Source of the DNA: Eukaryota sp. TZLM1-RC
Lineage: Eukaryota; Protista; Metamonada: BaSk clade
Reading direction: 5' to 3'
DNA: 64,000 nt
Assembly: GCA_040285825.1 (NCBI GenBank)
Contig: JAUPSS010000014.1
Location: forward strand, 314,337 to 378,336
The notes beneath the pieces are model-generated. The model saw only the letters and a list, made by a program, of their open reading frames with translations, made no database searches and had not been told where the DNA came from. Below are positions 9,693-23,226 of the stretch, one piece after another. Each line of letters starts with the position of its first letter. The first letter of the stretch is position 1. Position numbers and translations under genes: made by a program.

Positions 9693-12494
9693 GAAATGCC
9701 GCATAATTGATAACTACCATCCTCCCATAAGAATACCTCAAGAAATTCATCCGACCAAATGCAATGAATTTGCTTTCGTTTTTCAAAGATTTTTGGATCA
9801 ATTATGTAAAGGAAAGTATGCTATCAATATTATTTGGGAATTTTTTGGTTCTTTTTGTCCTCCTTTTGAACAAAATTTCGTAAATAATTCCAAAGATTTA
9901 ACTAATATAGCACCGAGAAATCAATCATCCGAGAAATTAAGTAAAATTTTTGAAGACAAATGCTTTGACAACAAATGGTCCAAGGCTTTGTCAGCTTTAA
10001 GTCCCGGAGTTAAAGCACCCAACAATAAAAATACAATAGATAAACTAAAAATAATTCATCCTTATGAAGACCCTATAATGGATCAAAATTTTTACGGCAC
10101 ATACTGGGAAAATTATCCATTGATGCCATCAGAAGTTTGTTCGGTGATCAAAAAGAGACCACGCGGTAAGTCTGCCGGACTTTCTGGTATTACTATTGAT
10201 CATGTAAAAGCCGTAATTATTTATTCAGAGGATTGTCTTGGTTTATTAACCAAATTTTTCAACAAAATATTGTCTGGTCAACTCAAATACCCAGAAGAAT
10301 TAAGAAGTTCTCGTTTGACTGCACTTGTCAAAAATTCAAAAATGGATGTTCGTCCTATTGCAGTCTCTGAGAGCTTACATAATATTTTTTCTGCGTGTTG
10401 CGTAAGCAGGTTCAATGAGAAAGCAAAAAAAATTTATTACCCTTTCAATATGGTATTAATACCACAGATGGAGTCTCTTCAGCGATATTTGCTACTGATG
10501 TTTTATTTCGCCAAAATGAATCCAATGTTTGTATGTCATTGGATTTTAGTAATGCTTTCAATTCACTAAGTCGTCGCAGTATCTATGGTGCTCTATTGCA
10601 ATATATGCCGGAATTAATACCGTATTTTCAATCAACATATTGCACATATTCTAATTTACATTTTGGTAATAACATTTTGAGTTCATAAAGTGGTGTAAAA
10701 CAAGGAGATCCGTTAGGACCTCTTTTGTTTTGTTTGGCCATTCATCCTATTTTACTGCAAATTCAAGAGATGTTTCCTTCACTGAAAATGATTACATTTA
10801 TGGATGATGTTGTGCTTATTGGTGATTTAAATATTGTGAAACAAGCAACTGTATGTTTTAAAGAATTATTTATGAAAATTGGTCTCCGACTTAATTTACT
10901 TAAATGTGTTTTGTTATCGAATTCTCCAGTTTCCACAATAGTTGATGGTATTGAAATTCAAGCCAAATTATATTCAATTGATGCTATTCGTCATTTGGGT
11001 TCGTTTACAGGAAATAATGATGAAATTACCAAAAAATTGTTTGAAAAGTTGAACTCAATTTCTGACAAAATTGACCGAATGATGAATTTAGATATAAAAA
11101 AACACATCAAATTTACCATTGTAAGATTGTGTTTTAGTTCCAATTTTAATCATATATTTCGATCTACAAATCCTCTCGCCACTAGACCTTTGGCTCAGAA
11201 GTTTAATGAGTTACGTGCAAAAGTTCTGTCTCAATTACTGGGATGTAACATGTTTCAAATTCCAGATCATGCTTACCTTAGTCCACATTATGGCGGTTTA
11301 GGGTGGACGAAGGCTTCTATTCTTACCTCGTGTGCTTTTGTTGGTGGATGCAGAAATGCAATCTTTGAGTTTTCCGAATGATTTGCAGATTGGGAAGATT
11401 TATTGATGACAACGCAAAGTTCCACTGTTTTTGCATTAAATGAAGAAATTTCAAAAATTGATGTAGACAAATGTGGTCGATGTTTTCCCCAATCATTCAA
11501 TGGCAATCTTCCAGAAAAAAATGTTTTAAATTTGAAGTACACTCTTCGAACATTACAGAAACGATTGACTGGAATGTATGAAAAAGATCTTTATAATAAT
11601 ATATGCAGCTCGGCTGTTTTAAATCAAGATCTTCACTCATTGTTATTGGAAAAGGGTGTTTGTGAAAACAAGTCGTCAGATTCTTCACTTTTTGTAACCA
11701 TTGTACCACGAAGATTTGGACTGTGTGCCACTAATGAAGCATTTGTAACAAAAATGAGATTATATTTGAACATCCCCATTAATCAATTATTATCAAAAGA
11801 AAAATGTATTTGTTCGAATTCACCTCAACTCACTTTGCACCATGCTCTGAATTGCTCTAAATTGATAACTTATCGTTTTTCATTACATGATGCTGTTAGA
11901 GACACTGTTTTCAATATGGCACAAACTGCAAGGATATCGTGTATCAAAGAGCCCCTGCTGAAGGAAACACTTTCTCTGAATAATTTTGGTTCTGATGATA
12001 GAGGTGATGTATACTGTGATTGGATTGATAATTCTGAAGCTATTGTTGACTTTGTCTCATGTAATGTTGCAAATGATACTTTGGTTCACACAAGAAAACT
12101 TAATCCTGTGGCTGCTCTGGATTTCAAAGCAAAAGAGAAACATAGAAAATATGATAAAGATATTGAAGAGGCTAATGTCGATAGAAATACACAGCTGGTT
12201 TTTATTGCTTTCCCATTTTCGATAAATGGAAGATTATCAGTTGAAGCAGAAACTTTTTTGAATGACTTCCAAAAATGGTGCAAGAAAAAACAATGAAAAG
12301 ATTTGATATTTTTTTATGGCGCTCACGGATTCAATTTGCAATTATTAATAGATTACCACGGTTTTTCAATCGAATAAGAGAAGCTTTGGCTAGACAGCAA
12401 GCAGATCAAGATTTTGTAGAGGAAATCTTGGTTCAATGATAGTCGTCCCATTAGTTATGAGTTAATTTAATTAAGTGTGCATGTTCAATAAATA
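9693..12494 (+). mobile_element. CRE-like non-LTR retrotransposon (family 1), 5'-truncated, frameshifted RT + CCHC + RLE
   Basis: KSAGLSG, DVRPIAV, GVKQGDPLGPLLF, FMDDV, GLRLNLLKC, YGGLG, CIC..HALNC, LHDAVRD, DDRGD; several stops and frameshifts; ends near AATAAA. Confidence 0.9.
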
Positions 12495-14382
12495 TTGATT
12501 TATGCTTATATGGATGACATTTTTATTATTGGTTTTTTTGAGAGCATTTGTAGGGTTTCTGAAAACATTGCTGCGAACTACAAAGACATTGGATTAGCCT
12601 TGAATCCAACCAAATGTCTCTTGATTGGAAGAACAAAACAATTTTTGTTGATTGAGCACCATCAGAATGATGATGCTCAGATTTCCTTTATTAATTATGA
12701 CCAACAAACGTTCAAGTTTCTTGGATGTTGGTTAGGTAATTTGGCTGAAATTTATTCCCAGTTGAACAATTTATTGGAGAATTTTGATAAGGATCTTAGT
12801 TTTATTGTTGAATGTGATATTGAAAAACACATCAAATTTTTTATTTTAAAAATTTGTTATTCTGGAAAAATCACTCATATTTTGAGGTCAACTCCACCTT
12901 CAGTGTATCATGATTTTTGCAGCTCTTTCAACAAACTTCGGGTCAACTTTCTTTCTTCTTTATTGGAAATAAATGAGTCTTTAATTCGAAGTCATGTATT
13001 TTGTTCTGCTAAATTGGGTGGAATTCTTTTCACTAAATCTTCAATTTTATGTAAAGCAGCTTTTTTAGGAGGTGGAAAAAATTATATATTTGAATTTTTC
13101 CAAAGCTTCCCTTATGTTGTTCATCTGATCCATGATGAATCGAATTTATTTAAATCAACTTCAATTTGAATTAGATAATTTGCCTAGTGATATCTGGATT
13201 CAGTGTTTTCCTCAAATTGTTCAAGAAATTTCCAACCGATCGCTTCCAAATTTACGTTTTTGCTTGAAAAAGCTTCAGCACCGTCTGGTTAAAGTATATG
13301 AAGGCTTGGATTATGAAGTAAGATTTGGTTTGGGCAAAATTGAAAATCCCACTTTCGGAAATTTTTTAAAGGACGTTAGTGATAGTTCTGCTACTACTTT
13401 TGTGACGCAAATTTTTTGTGTATATGGACTTTTGTTAAAAAACAATGAATGGCTTTTGAACATGTGTTTTCGTTGTTTTCTGTGGCCAAACAATTTGCCT
13501 AATCATTTGACATGTAAATGTGGTAAACTTCTTTTGTTTACTCATCTTTTGAACGTCAAGCAGTTTATTACATTTAAAAGTAAAGTACATAATAATGTCA
13601 GGGACCAGATTTATGTAAGGTGTAAATCATATTGAGTAGATTCCTTTTTAGAGCCTTTGTTATCAAAATTAATTCTTGATGACCCCAATATTGTTAGTAT
13701 GCGCTACACCAGAGCTTCTATGGGTTTGACAAGAGGTGATCTGGTTGTTCGCGGCTTAAATGGTAGTTTTACTATTTTAGACGCCATGTCCATTGATCCT
13801 TGTAATTCTTCCAACGAACATTTCATTAACTCGGATGTAAATAATCCTCTTCTTGCTGGCGAAACATATAAAATTGCTAAATATGCGAAACCCATTTCCT
13901 CAGTGAATGAAAATTCTCATGTCCAATATTGATGCCGTTAGGCAGAAATACCAAAGAAGTAAAGAGAGAAAAAAGAACTTTATTAATAGAAATACTTGTT
14001 CTTGAACAAGTGCCACATCATCATGTGAATTTCTCATCTGTCTACCAAGTTAGTTTATCAGTAACAACAACATTATAATTTATGTCCCTTTGTTTTTTTT
14101 GCTTGGATCTCTAGGTGAGGCTGCTATGGCTTTCCTGGAGGATTTTGTTGTAGTTGTGAAGAAAAGGACTGGAAGAATTTTCAATCGTGTTTACTGGCAA
14201 AACAGGATTGTATTTTCTATTTTAAAGGAAATGGTTAAACTGATTTCTGATTCACTCTCTTCTTTTGAGAAATTTTCTGAATCTTAAGCAATTAATTGTT
14301 TTAAAGCAGGGGAGACAGATTTTGAGGATGTGGAGCTTTAGTTGTGTATTTTATGTTTTCATATTTGTTGTTGAATAAAAAG
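12495..14382 (+). mobile_element. CRE-like non-LTR retrotransposon (family 2), decayed, interrupted by a solo LTR
   Basis: YAYMDD, GLALNPTKC, FKFLG, KLGGI, CKCG..HLLN, VHNNVRD, TRGDL..ILD, KIAKY, YWQNRIVFS. Confidence 0.88.
13930..14072. mobile_element. Solo LTR, family B (143 bp)
   Basis: TG...CA ends, imperfect TSD ATAT/TTAT. Splits the RLE reading (HVQY|NLCPF). Homologous to 22448-22589. Confidence 0.8.
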
Positions 14383-14394
14383 AATTTGTTTGAT

Positions 14395-14900
14395 CTCTAT
14401 TTCTATCAGTATAAGCTTCCTCAATATTTTTGTCATATTTTCAATGTTTTTCTTTCGCTTTATATTAAGGAGCCTCTACAGGATTTTCCTTCTTTGAACC
14501 AAAATTGTATTTACAACATTTCAGGAAACAAAATAAAACAACTTCAGAGTTACCAATCCAAAAGCTGTAAATATCACCTCTGTCATCAGAACCAATTATT
14601 TCATGGAAAGGATTTTTTCGCAGAGACGTATTGATACACAAGACTCTTGGATTTCTGACCTCATTTAAAACATTGTTTGCTACAGCAACATGTAATGAAG
14701 AACCAGAAGTTGTCAATATAGGAAAATTAGAACATGACAAAAGGTGAGCCGGGATCAATACAAACAAATAGAGTATTCTTGTTTTAAAAGTTGGTGAATT
14801 AGTATATTTAGATGAAACCTCATTTTTGTTACAAACCAGTTCAACAAAATTAGTTTATGAATCTGCCAAACTCATTATCCAAACTACTATAAAACCTTAT
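14395..14900 (-). mobile_element. Decayed CRE-like (family 1) CCHC/RLE remnant
   Basis: HLLSCS..SSLHVAV..GSDDRGDI. Confidence 0.75.
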
Positions 14901-15017
14901 AAAAAATATGATATTCTAAACTTTTGCTGAAACTTTGCTTGAATCATCACGCAATTCTCCGAATGAATCCCTTAAAATGTGACTTATTTTCCAAAATCAA
15001 AAGTGAGTTGAATGGCG

Positions 15018-18000
15018 ACAAGAAAGAATTTGATTTCCATCAGAACTTTGTTGAATACCGTAAACCAACCAATATCAATATCGTATTTATTTATAAAAAC
15101 ACCCAAACTAAAGTCTTGGCATTGATTTTGGAGGTTCCGATGATGACAGCATACTTTGTGATCTTTGTGGAAATCTATTAGGGTTCTGTGACCTTGTCCA
15201 CACAATGGAGTAATCATCATCAGTTTGAAAACCCAAGTGGGCTTGTTCAATACCAGCTTTGAAATCTTGCACTGCGGTAGCTACCATCTGGAACTTTTCA
15301 TTGTTTAAAACATAAAAGAAATCATCCTCTAGGGGACGGCGGGGAGAAAACTCAACTGTAGAAAAGTCTGTTGACTGAATGGAGAGCAGGAGTGAAGCTG
15401 AAAAATGTGGTTTTTCTGGATTGTAGTAGATTGACCTTGGTGTTCTCAGATGTTCTGCAACGTTTTTCCTTGATCTAATCTCTCCAGTCTTGATTTGTAT
15501 CTGCAGTACTCCAAGATAATCGGCCGCATAATTGTTCCTTATGGCTTTCACTATCTCCTCCACTGTTGGAAAATCGTGGGATTCAGAGGGCTTAAACACA
15601 ACAGGGACAATAGCATCAATATCCGCTGTTCCGGGCGGGAGAACCACTATTGTTCGATGGATAAAGGCTCCCAGAAGCATAAAATAGAAGTCTTGGGGTT
15701 CTTGAAGGTCAACAGTGGTCAACATTGATTCACAAATACTTATATATCCAGCAGCATTCAGTTTTCTAGTATTTTTTGATGAAGGTAATCGATAACAATG
15801 ACAATTCTCCTCTAAGAATAAACGTAGAGGAATCGGATACAAGTGTGAGAAAAGTTGAAAATTGGCAGGTATTTGGATTAACGAGTTGAAATTTAATTGA
15901 CTGAATTGAAACAAATAGAGGAGAACACCAACACAAACAGGCTCGATAAGGATTCCCAAGGTTGTAGGAGCAACATGAGTAGTGAGAAGCTCCTTCATGA
16001 TATCAATCAATGTTGACTGCCATGGTGCACTTGCTTTCAAATGTAGATAATTCCATGCAAAATGGGACAGAATAGGATCAACAGTGGGAAGAAGATAGGA
16101 GAAAACTCTATTTCCAAAATTGGAAGGAAAGAATTTGATAACGGCAAAGGAACAATGAACAAAATGGGAGAGTAGTGACTCATGTATAGCAACACCCTCT
16201 AGAATAAGAGAGAGGACAATGGCAGCATCTTTTGGAAGGACAGTACTATTGAAGGCATTTTCCACCTTCAAATTTACCTGAGTAGCAAAAAACATGAGTG
16301 AACTTGAATTGAGCGCATATGTTAACCATAGAGGTCTACAACTAACAGCATTTCTGAGAGACAGAAGTGGAGACACCAACGTTTGAAAATACCCTGATTG
16401 TGATTGGGGAGGAAACAACTGAAACATTCCCGTTGAAAGTGGAGGTAGTGTGGTGCCGCATTGCACATGACTAACCATGTAAGGTTTCAACATGGGAGTT
16501 CTATAAGCACCTTCCTTCACTGCATCATGGCAAAAATGACGAAGAGAAGTGTGTGTTCCTGCAACCACAACTAGTAATTGAAAATGTTGTGTAAATAGAT
16601 TTCGTGCAGCATGGCGCAAACAGCGATATAGATTCCATTCACTATCCATCCCGTTTGTTCCTGTGTTGAGACAGTTGTTGATTAGGGACACCGCACTTGA
16701 ATCGATTAAACTGCTGACCTCATCAGCAAATAGGACATATACAAATTCACGGGAGTGGTTCCGCTGAAGCAGTTGCACTAACGTCTCCGTCATGGCAGAT
16801 ATCGGCTCATTCTGCCGAAAATGGCCATTGAAAAGTTCCTTTGCCTGATCGACAACATTGTGGAAGGCTTCAACATACTCAGATCTTTTTCGTCACCCCT
16901 TTCCAATCAGTTGGCTGTTCAGAGAGGAAAGATGCAATGATCATACACTGACAAGCAAATACAAACATTTTTACTCGTTCCCCTCTTTCCTCTTGTTGAC
17001 AGGCCACTGGAACTAATGATTGAACAAAGGAAATTACACTAGGATCTGAAGGCGGCCAGGTATCTAATATGTCTCCAGTTTTTGAGTATCTTGGGAAAGT
17101 AAAGTATGATGCCTTGTATTTGGTGTCGTTTTGTAGCCTGCTACATGTTTCGATCATAAATCTGGTCTTGCCCATACCAGTTGAGTTGATAAGAGGTAGT
17201 ACATTGGAATGGTAATTTAAAAGCAGATTAGCAGATGTATACTGAGGTAGTAGTTTCATAAACGTCTGGTAATGTCCAATATCTACATAGTCAGGAACCA
17301 AAAGATCTTGTTGCAGATTTCGTGCTATTTGATCTGGTCTGTCTACTTCTATACTCTCTTGTACAAGGTGGAAAACATGCAGGGGAGGTTCAGTGGGTGC
17401 TTTGTGTAATGATAGTAGACTTGAATCAACGTTGAGCATCAAAATCAGTGGTTCCAATGAATTGAGGTATACGTCCTCTACTTGGTTCACTGGAAATCCT
17501 GCACGTCGTGCTTTCATATGAAATCGTAAAGGGTCTTTCACCTGATTATCAGGACCGCTCATCTCTTGGAGCAATGATACAAACTTTGGAAGGTCATGAA
17601 AATACAGAGTCGTTTCTGTAGGCATGTTGCTGGTAGAAGGATAAACTGTAGATAGTGGTAATGAATTCAGAAAGAGGATATCACAATATTATGGTCCTTC
17701 TCTGACTATAAAATTACTTCTCTGTGGAGTTCCTGCGATGCAAGACGTAGACGCTGTTGAATGTGATAGTTGGATGAAGCAAATTAGTAGTATTTTTAAT
17801 TATATCAAATAATGAGAAATAATTTAGATTGTCTGTCAATCCAAAAACAAACTTAAGCATGCTGTTGGTTCGTGCCACTCACGTTACAGTATCAAAACAA
17901 TGGTTGTTATCTTGTGACCAAATAGATGGACCGTGAAGTGTGTGGAATATAGTTGTGATTCCGAAATACGTAGCACACTCTAGAATAGTGTAAAGACTAA

Positions 18001-20817
18001 CACGAACGCATAATACATTACAAATATGGCCAGTATTCAAACAAAAGTCGATACAAAATTTTTTTGATAACGTAGACATTACACAAGATGATGAACATAG
18101 TTTTTGGCTATTGAAACAAACTATATTAAGATTTGAGAGCAAAACAAGTAACTATTGATATAACCCTTGGATGCCACGTAAACAACTTTGCTATGTTGCC
18201 TATGATATTATACTTAATGCTGTTTTCACTCTTTGAAGGGGTAATCCATCACCCACTTTTCCCAAACCAAATAATCTCTTCACGATTTGCAACCATGTTT
18301 TTAATTATCTGGACAAAATTGCTGAACCTCCTTTGGCGACAGATATAAAAGTCAATGCGATCAAGGCGAATGGCTTTTCTTTTTCCTTGATTAAGATGAT
18401 AATCCATTAAACTTCAACTGCCAGTGTTGTCTCTGTGAAGATTTCCAGTAAGTCAAGTTCCAGTTCAATAGGTTGAGCAACATCGACAAACATTGTTGTT
18501 ATTGATATAAGATACTGATAATAGACCTGAACAGAATAGCAGTATGGAATCAGTTGACTCAACGGAGGAGCGAACATCATCAAGTGAGGCTTGGGTGCTA
18601 TGACTAATGCCTGAATTCAGTGATCCACCAGCTTGACCAGCTGTCCAACAGACTAGATTCCGGTAGCTGAACTCGATGGCCATGCAGAAAGTGTCGAAAT
18701 TCTCGAAAGGCCTTTGATGCTACCTGGGGTGCTAGTTGCTTTCTGCTACTGGGTCCTGAATTGCTTGCAATCAGTACGTGGAATTATTCTACTTTACCTG
18801 CGGCTTGGGTCTTCTTCATTTGTCATGATATTTGTGATACTTATCCTCACACGAAAAAGCGAATAATTTTGAATTTGGATAAGTCAACCGTACCTTTAAT
18901 TTCCAGGTATAATGGAATTCAATGGAATAAAATCAACCATTACATTTTTTTGCAAAAACTCCGATCATTATTCTTGATTCTTGGACTTCTTCTATTGAAT
19001 GTTGAATTAATGTTGATGCAAATAATTCTCTTCTTGTTCAGACAAATACATCATTGCTAAATATACAAAACCTTTGTTTTTTGCTAATGAAATTTCTCAT
19101 GCTCTACATAATCTTAGCTAATGTTGCTTTGGCATTCTTTGGCGATTTAAGTGTACTCGCTAAGCAAATGGCTCGGGCATTTTTCACTCATGTTTACTGG
19201 CAAAACAAGTTTGTGAATTCAATTTAACAGTGTGGTGAAATTAATTTGTGATTCTTTGTCTTCCTGTGGGCAATTTTCAGAATCTTTAACTGCTACGAGG
19301 TATGTTTTCAAGACGTGGAGATTAAGGTGTGTTTTTGATTGTTCTGTTTTTCTTCATTGCTTAATAAAAGAAATTTAGTCTTTTCATGTGAAATAAATTA
19401 AAGAAGACTGTGATAATTATCTCAAATTTTGAGCTTTGAAAGACTGAAATGCCCAATTTTTAGAATCACACTTACTGATTAAAGCAAATTGTAGTCAGTC
19501 CCAGAAAGTAAATTTCCTCATTTTTTAAAAAGAAATACTGGCTCCAACCTTGGGATTCTGTTTTTGCCCGGTGTACACTACGGTGTGCACTATGAAGTAT
19601 TAAGTAAAACATCAGAATTACAAAGTAGTTGTGGTTTTTGCTTTTTTTGTTTATGCATTGAATTCATTATTGGCAAAAAAATTGCGTGTCTAAAAGAATT
19701 AAGGTAAAAAACGTGATTGAAATTTGTTTATAAACCATAATGACAGCATTATTAATAGGAAAGGCGGAGTGTAAATTTTCTCAGCTTAAACATGAGAAAA
19801 ACACTATGACTGAATTGTCAATGATGTTGAAACGAAGCTCTAATTCAGATAGAGTACACAGAACACAGGCGAGTGCACCAGCACCTTTAGGGCCAATATT
19901 GTTTGACTGAAGATTCATAGTAGTTATAGAACCATCCAAATCGTCACCTAATCATTCAATCCATCCCAATTCATAATTTGACTCGATGTCATCAAGAATA
20001 TTTTTTCCACGCATTGGCTGTTTCATTTCACCATGTTCCTTCACTTTTGGCATTCCTTCATTATTAAGTGAAACTGTGTTGGGTGAATTCCTTGTGTGAA
20101 AATGGTTGTGTAGCTGCTTTCAAGGTATCAGTTCCATGGGTAATAGTTCCTACTCCTCCAAAATTTTTCTTTCGAAAAAATTGCTGTTTGCTAGATTTAC
20201 TATCAACTTTCTTTCTGTCACGTATTGGTAAATGGTCTAATGAAGCCAATTCCATATGTAATGTCGATTGTGTTAATACTACATCCACATCACATATGAT
20301 GACGTGAACACCTTCCTAAAGAGGCAAGTCACGTTTAGCTACTGCTAACATCTCTTTTGTATTAAATCAATTGGTGAATTGTCAGTGTTCTCAATTAGAT
20401 CCATTATTGCAAAGTACCTAATTCCAAGTTCCTTGGAATAACAATGTAATGAAGCTCTAATAGTTCCATTATTTTCAGTGTAACACGAACTTCTGAGCCA
20501 GCATTATTTATAAATTCACTATCAATCAATCAAGTGCACAATGACAAAGTGGCATGTTATCGAAAGTTAATCAATCCACAACACGTAATTTGTTCTTAAA
20601 AGCAGTCAAAACAGACCAAACCTCTGACATACTTCGTCTTTGGCTAAAATGAAACTCTAAACATTGAGAAAGTAAAGAGCACAAACTTAAAGGTAGGTCT
20701 TGATGCAGAGGAATAGACGGATGAGTACCAGAAGTTAGGTTATCGATAATAATTTGCTTATTGCGGTTTCCATGTACTATGCCCTGCCAAATACTTTGAC
20801 CAGTAAAGACAAATAGT
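15018..20817. repeat. Segmental duplication, copy B
   Basis: Direct near-identical repeat of 1830-7628. Confidence 0.95.
15108..17625 (-). pseudogene. Crinkler-like NTPase-REase, copy 2, frameshifted
   Basis: One extra T in the run at ~16886-16890 (agatcttttt vs agatctttt) splits the ORF into 248 + 561 aa. Could be a homopolymer sequencing error. Confidence 0.75.
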
Positions 20818-21440
20818 AATTTCTTTCACCTGAAGCTTGCTCTGGACTAGTGCAACTGGGAGTAACAACTCTTTTCAATCAAAGAAGGAGACATGGTAAA
20901 CCGGTGTTTTTCCCACTTCCCCAGTCAATTGATACAGGAACTCTGTCTCTAAACAAGATGTTATCTGGCTTTGGGTCCCTGTGAAAAAAATGGCATTCGT
21001 GACACGTGGCAAGAGTTTTGCTCTTAATTTTTCAAACTTTATCTCTAAGTGTAAAACGTGAAAGTATTTCCATAACCTTCTTCTTAAACTTGAACAATAC
21101 CAAATACTCTCGGAACAGAAGGAACGCTGGGAAGAGATATTCAAATGCGGTATTCTCTTGCAAGATCAGCAGATATGCTTTTATCATCAACATAAAATTT
21201 GATTGCAACATTGGCTAAGCTGTATTCAGCAAATACTTCTGCTTGGCCACTATGAATTCTGGAATTCCAATCAACATCCAGGTCTTCAGTTTATCAATTC
21301 CTAGTTGTTCATCACTACTCTGTAATTGTATAATCTCCTTTTCCTTTCCTTCTTTTTCTTTCAAACATGTCATCATTTCTGCTTTAAGTTCTTCCCTAAC
21401 TGTGGTCGCATTTGCTTCAACAATTCTGATTGTTGATCAC
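20570..21440 (-). pseudogene. Protein kinase pseudogene
   Basis: Manual translation across frames: IHSGQAEVFA..VAIKFY..LAREY..VPRVFGIV, FHRDPKPDNILF..IDWGSG, then the C-lobe; interrupted by stops. Confidence 0.8.
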
Positions 21441-22249
21441 TGATTTGTCCCAAAATTGGCTGGTCATAAGCAGCAAATGCTGACATAAAAAGTCTTCATC
21501 ATGAGTAATAATACGTTCTATCTGGATTCTATCACAAGATTTCGTGACGTTCATAGTTTCTTATACAATGATGATGACATCAATTTAAAAACTCAAATTC
21601 TCAAATTTGACTAATTCTCAGTTTGACAAGTAAATAGCTTGTTGTGTTTTTCAAACTGCCTCTTGAACCTCTCTCAGGCAAATGCCCTTTTGTACCACTT
21701 TGAGCCATTATTCTGGTTCAGACAGGTGGTGATTTTGTTCGTAAGAGCTACAAAGCTATCAATGGTGTAGCAAACAGCGGCAGAGTTTGAAAGATCGGGA
21801 AGCTTCTCTAAGGGAGAGAAGGTAGCCTTGGTGAGACAAAGAACGCGGGCAGCTAAGACCGCCGATTGAGAACGGTTGTACTTGACTTGTTTGAGGACAG
21901 AGAATACCTGCCTTTTGACACTTCCTATCGGATTTAGAATTAGGTAAGGCAGAATGTTTGGCGATGAGGTCAGCAGCAGTGATAATTGGAGGGGACACCA
22001 GATCGACCAACATGTTATAGTTCCATTCCGTAAGGTTCAGAGGAACATTGGATATTGAAAGCAAAGCGTTGAGATCAGGCTCTTGTCGTCACATTAATGA
22101 TCCTTTTAGGTGAAATTTCAATTGTATATTTTTACAATTAAAATCAATAATTCAGGGCTTCACAACACAAATATTGATTTTGTCAATGACATTAATTTTT
22201 TCGGTAGATCAGAGTCATCTGTTCTGTTACTTTCCCAAATGATTTTTTC

Positions 22250-23030
22250 TGCTGTCGAATAATCTAATTGTTTAGTTACAGCTGTTGAAAAATTTGGTGC
22301 TCTTTGTTATTCAAAAATAAATCGAGTATCACGGATTTTCAACTTCCTTCGTTGATGAACAAAGAGAAACATTTCAGGGGTTTTAGGTAAATAATACCCT
22401 GAGAGCATCATGTGATGACGAACAATAAGCTATCTATTAAGGACATTTGATGCCGTTAGGCAGAAATGCCAAAGAAGTAAAGAGAGAAAAGAGCGTTTCT
22501 TAATGAAGAAACCTGTTCTTCAACGAGTGCCACGTCATCAAGTGAAATTCTGAGATAACTACTAACCTTATTTATCAGTAACTATAACACATTTAAAGCA
22601 TGACATAAGGTGAGCTGTTATGAATTAGAACAAATACTAGTTTTTTGTAATAAAAGTTAGGGATATTGAGATGTAACCTCATTTGTGTTATGAAAGCTTC
22701 ATTATCAGCACATATCATAAACCTTATTGGTGCAATAGAAACAAATAGTGATGTTTCTGATGACTCATTCTCACGTACATCTAATGTAAAACTTGGCCCG
22801 ACAGCCAACCTAGTTGTAGACATTTTTAAAGAGACCATTTTCATACGTTTTGATCATTAGTTTTTGTAGTGTTCGAAGTAGTGTTATTTTTCAAATTCAA
22901 TTTTGGTTCAGGAATATTGCCAAAGAATGACTGAGGAAAACACTGATTTCGTTTTTTGGATCCGTAATGTTATTCAAAATGGAGTTAATACCACGAGGAA
23001 GAGCTTTCAATAACGAAAATTCTGTTCTTC
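22250..23030 (-). mobile_element. Decayed CRE-like (family 1) remnant interrupted by a solo LTR
   Basis: SETSLFVSIAPIRF..NEAFITQMRLHLNIP matches the 11403 ORF. Confidence 0.75.
22448..22589. mobile_element. Solo LTR, family B (142 bp)
   Basis: TG...CA flanked by a perfect 4-bp TSD CATT (22444-22447 / 22590-22593). Homologous to 13930-14072. Confidence 0.88.
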
Positions 23031-23226
23031 CAAATCAACAAATCGATTGCACGACCACTTTCTTTGAGAAGATTTCCCAAATCATCTCAAAAATGGAGAC
23101 CTTCAGTTTTAATGGTACCAAAAATAGAAATGGCAATTGGGATTGAGTAAATGTCGAATGAAATGAGATTATTGTATTTCGTGTTGTGTTCAATTTCAAT
23201 TTAATATCCAAATAAAAGTTCTTGAC

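Noticed and set aside
9655-14382. Alternative genetic code or programmed frameshifting to explain the stops in RT and Fanzor ORFs
   Set aside because: Long host genes translate cleanly with the standard code and use TAA, TAG and TGA as stops; the interruptions are irregular, as expected from decay.
21650-22090. GC-richer stretch with a 101-aa minus-strand ORF
   Set aside because: Probably a gene fragment; no recognisable family.
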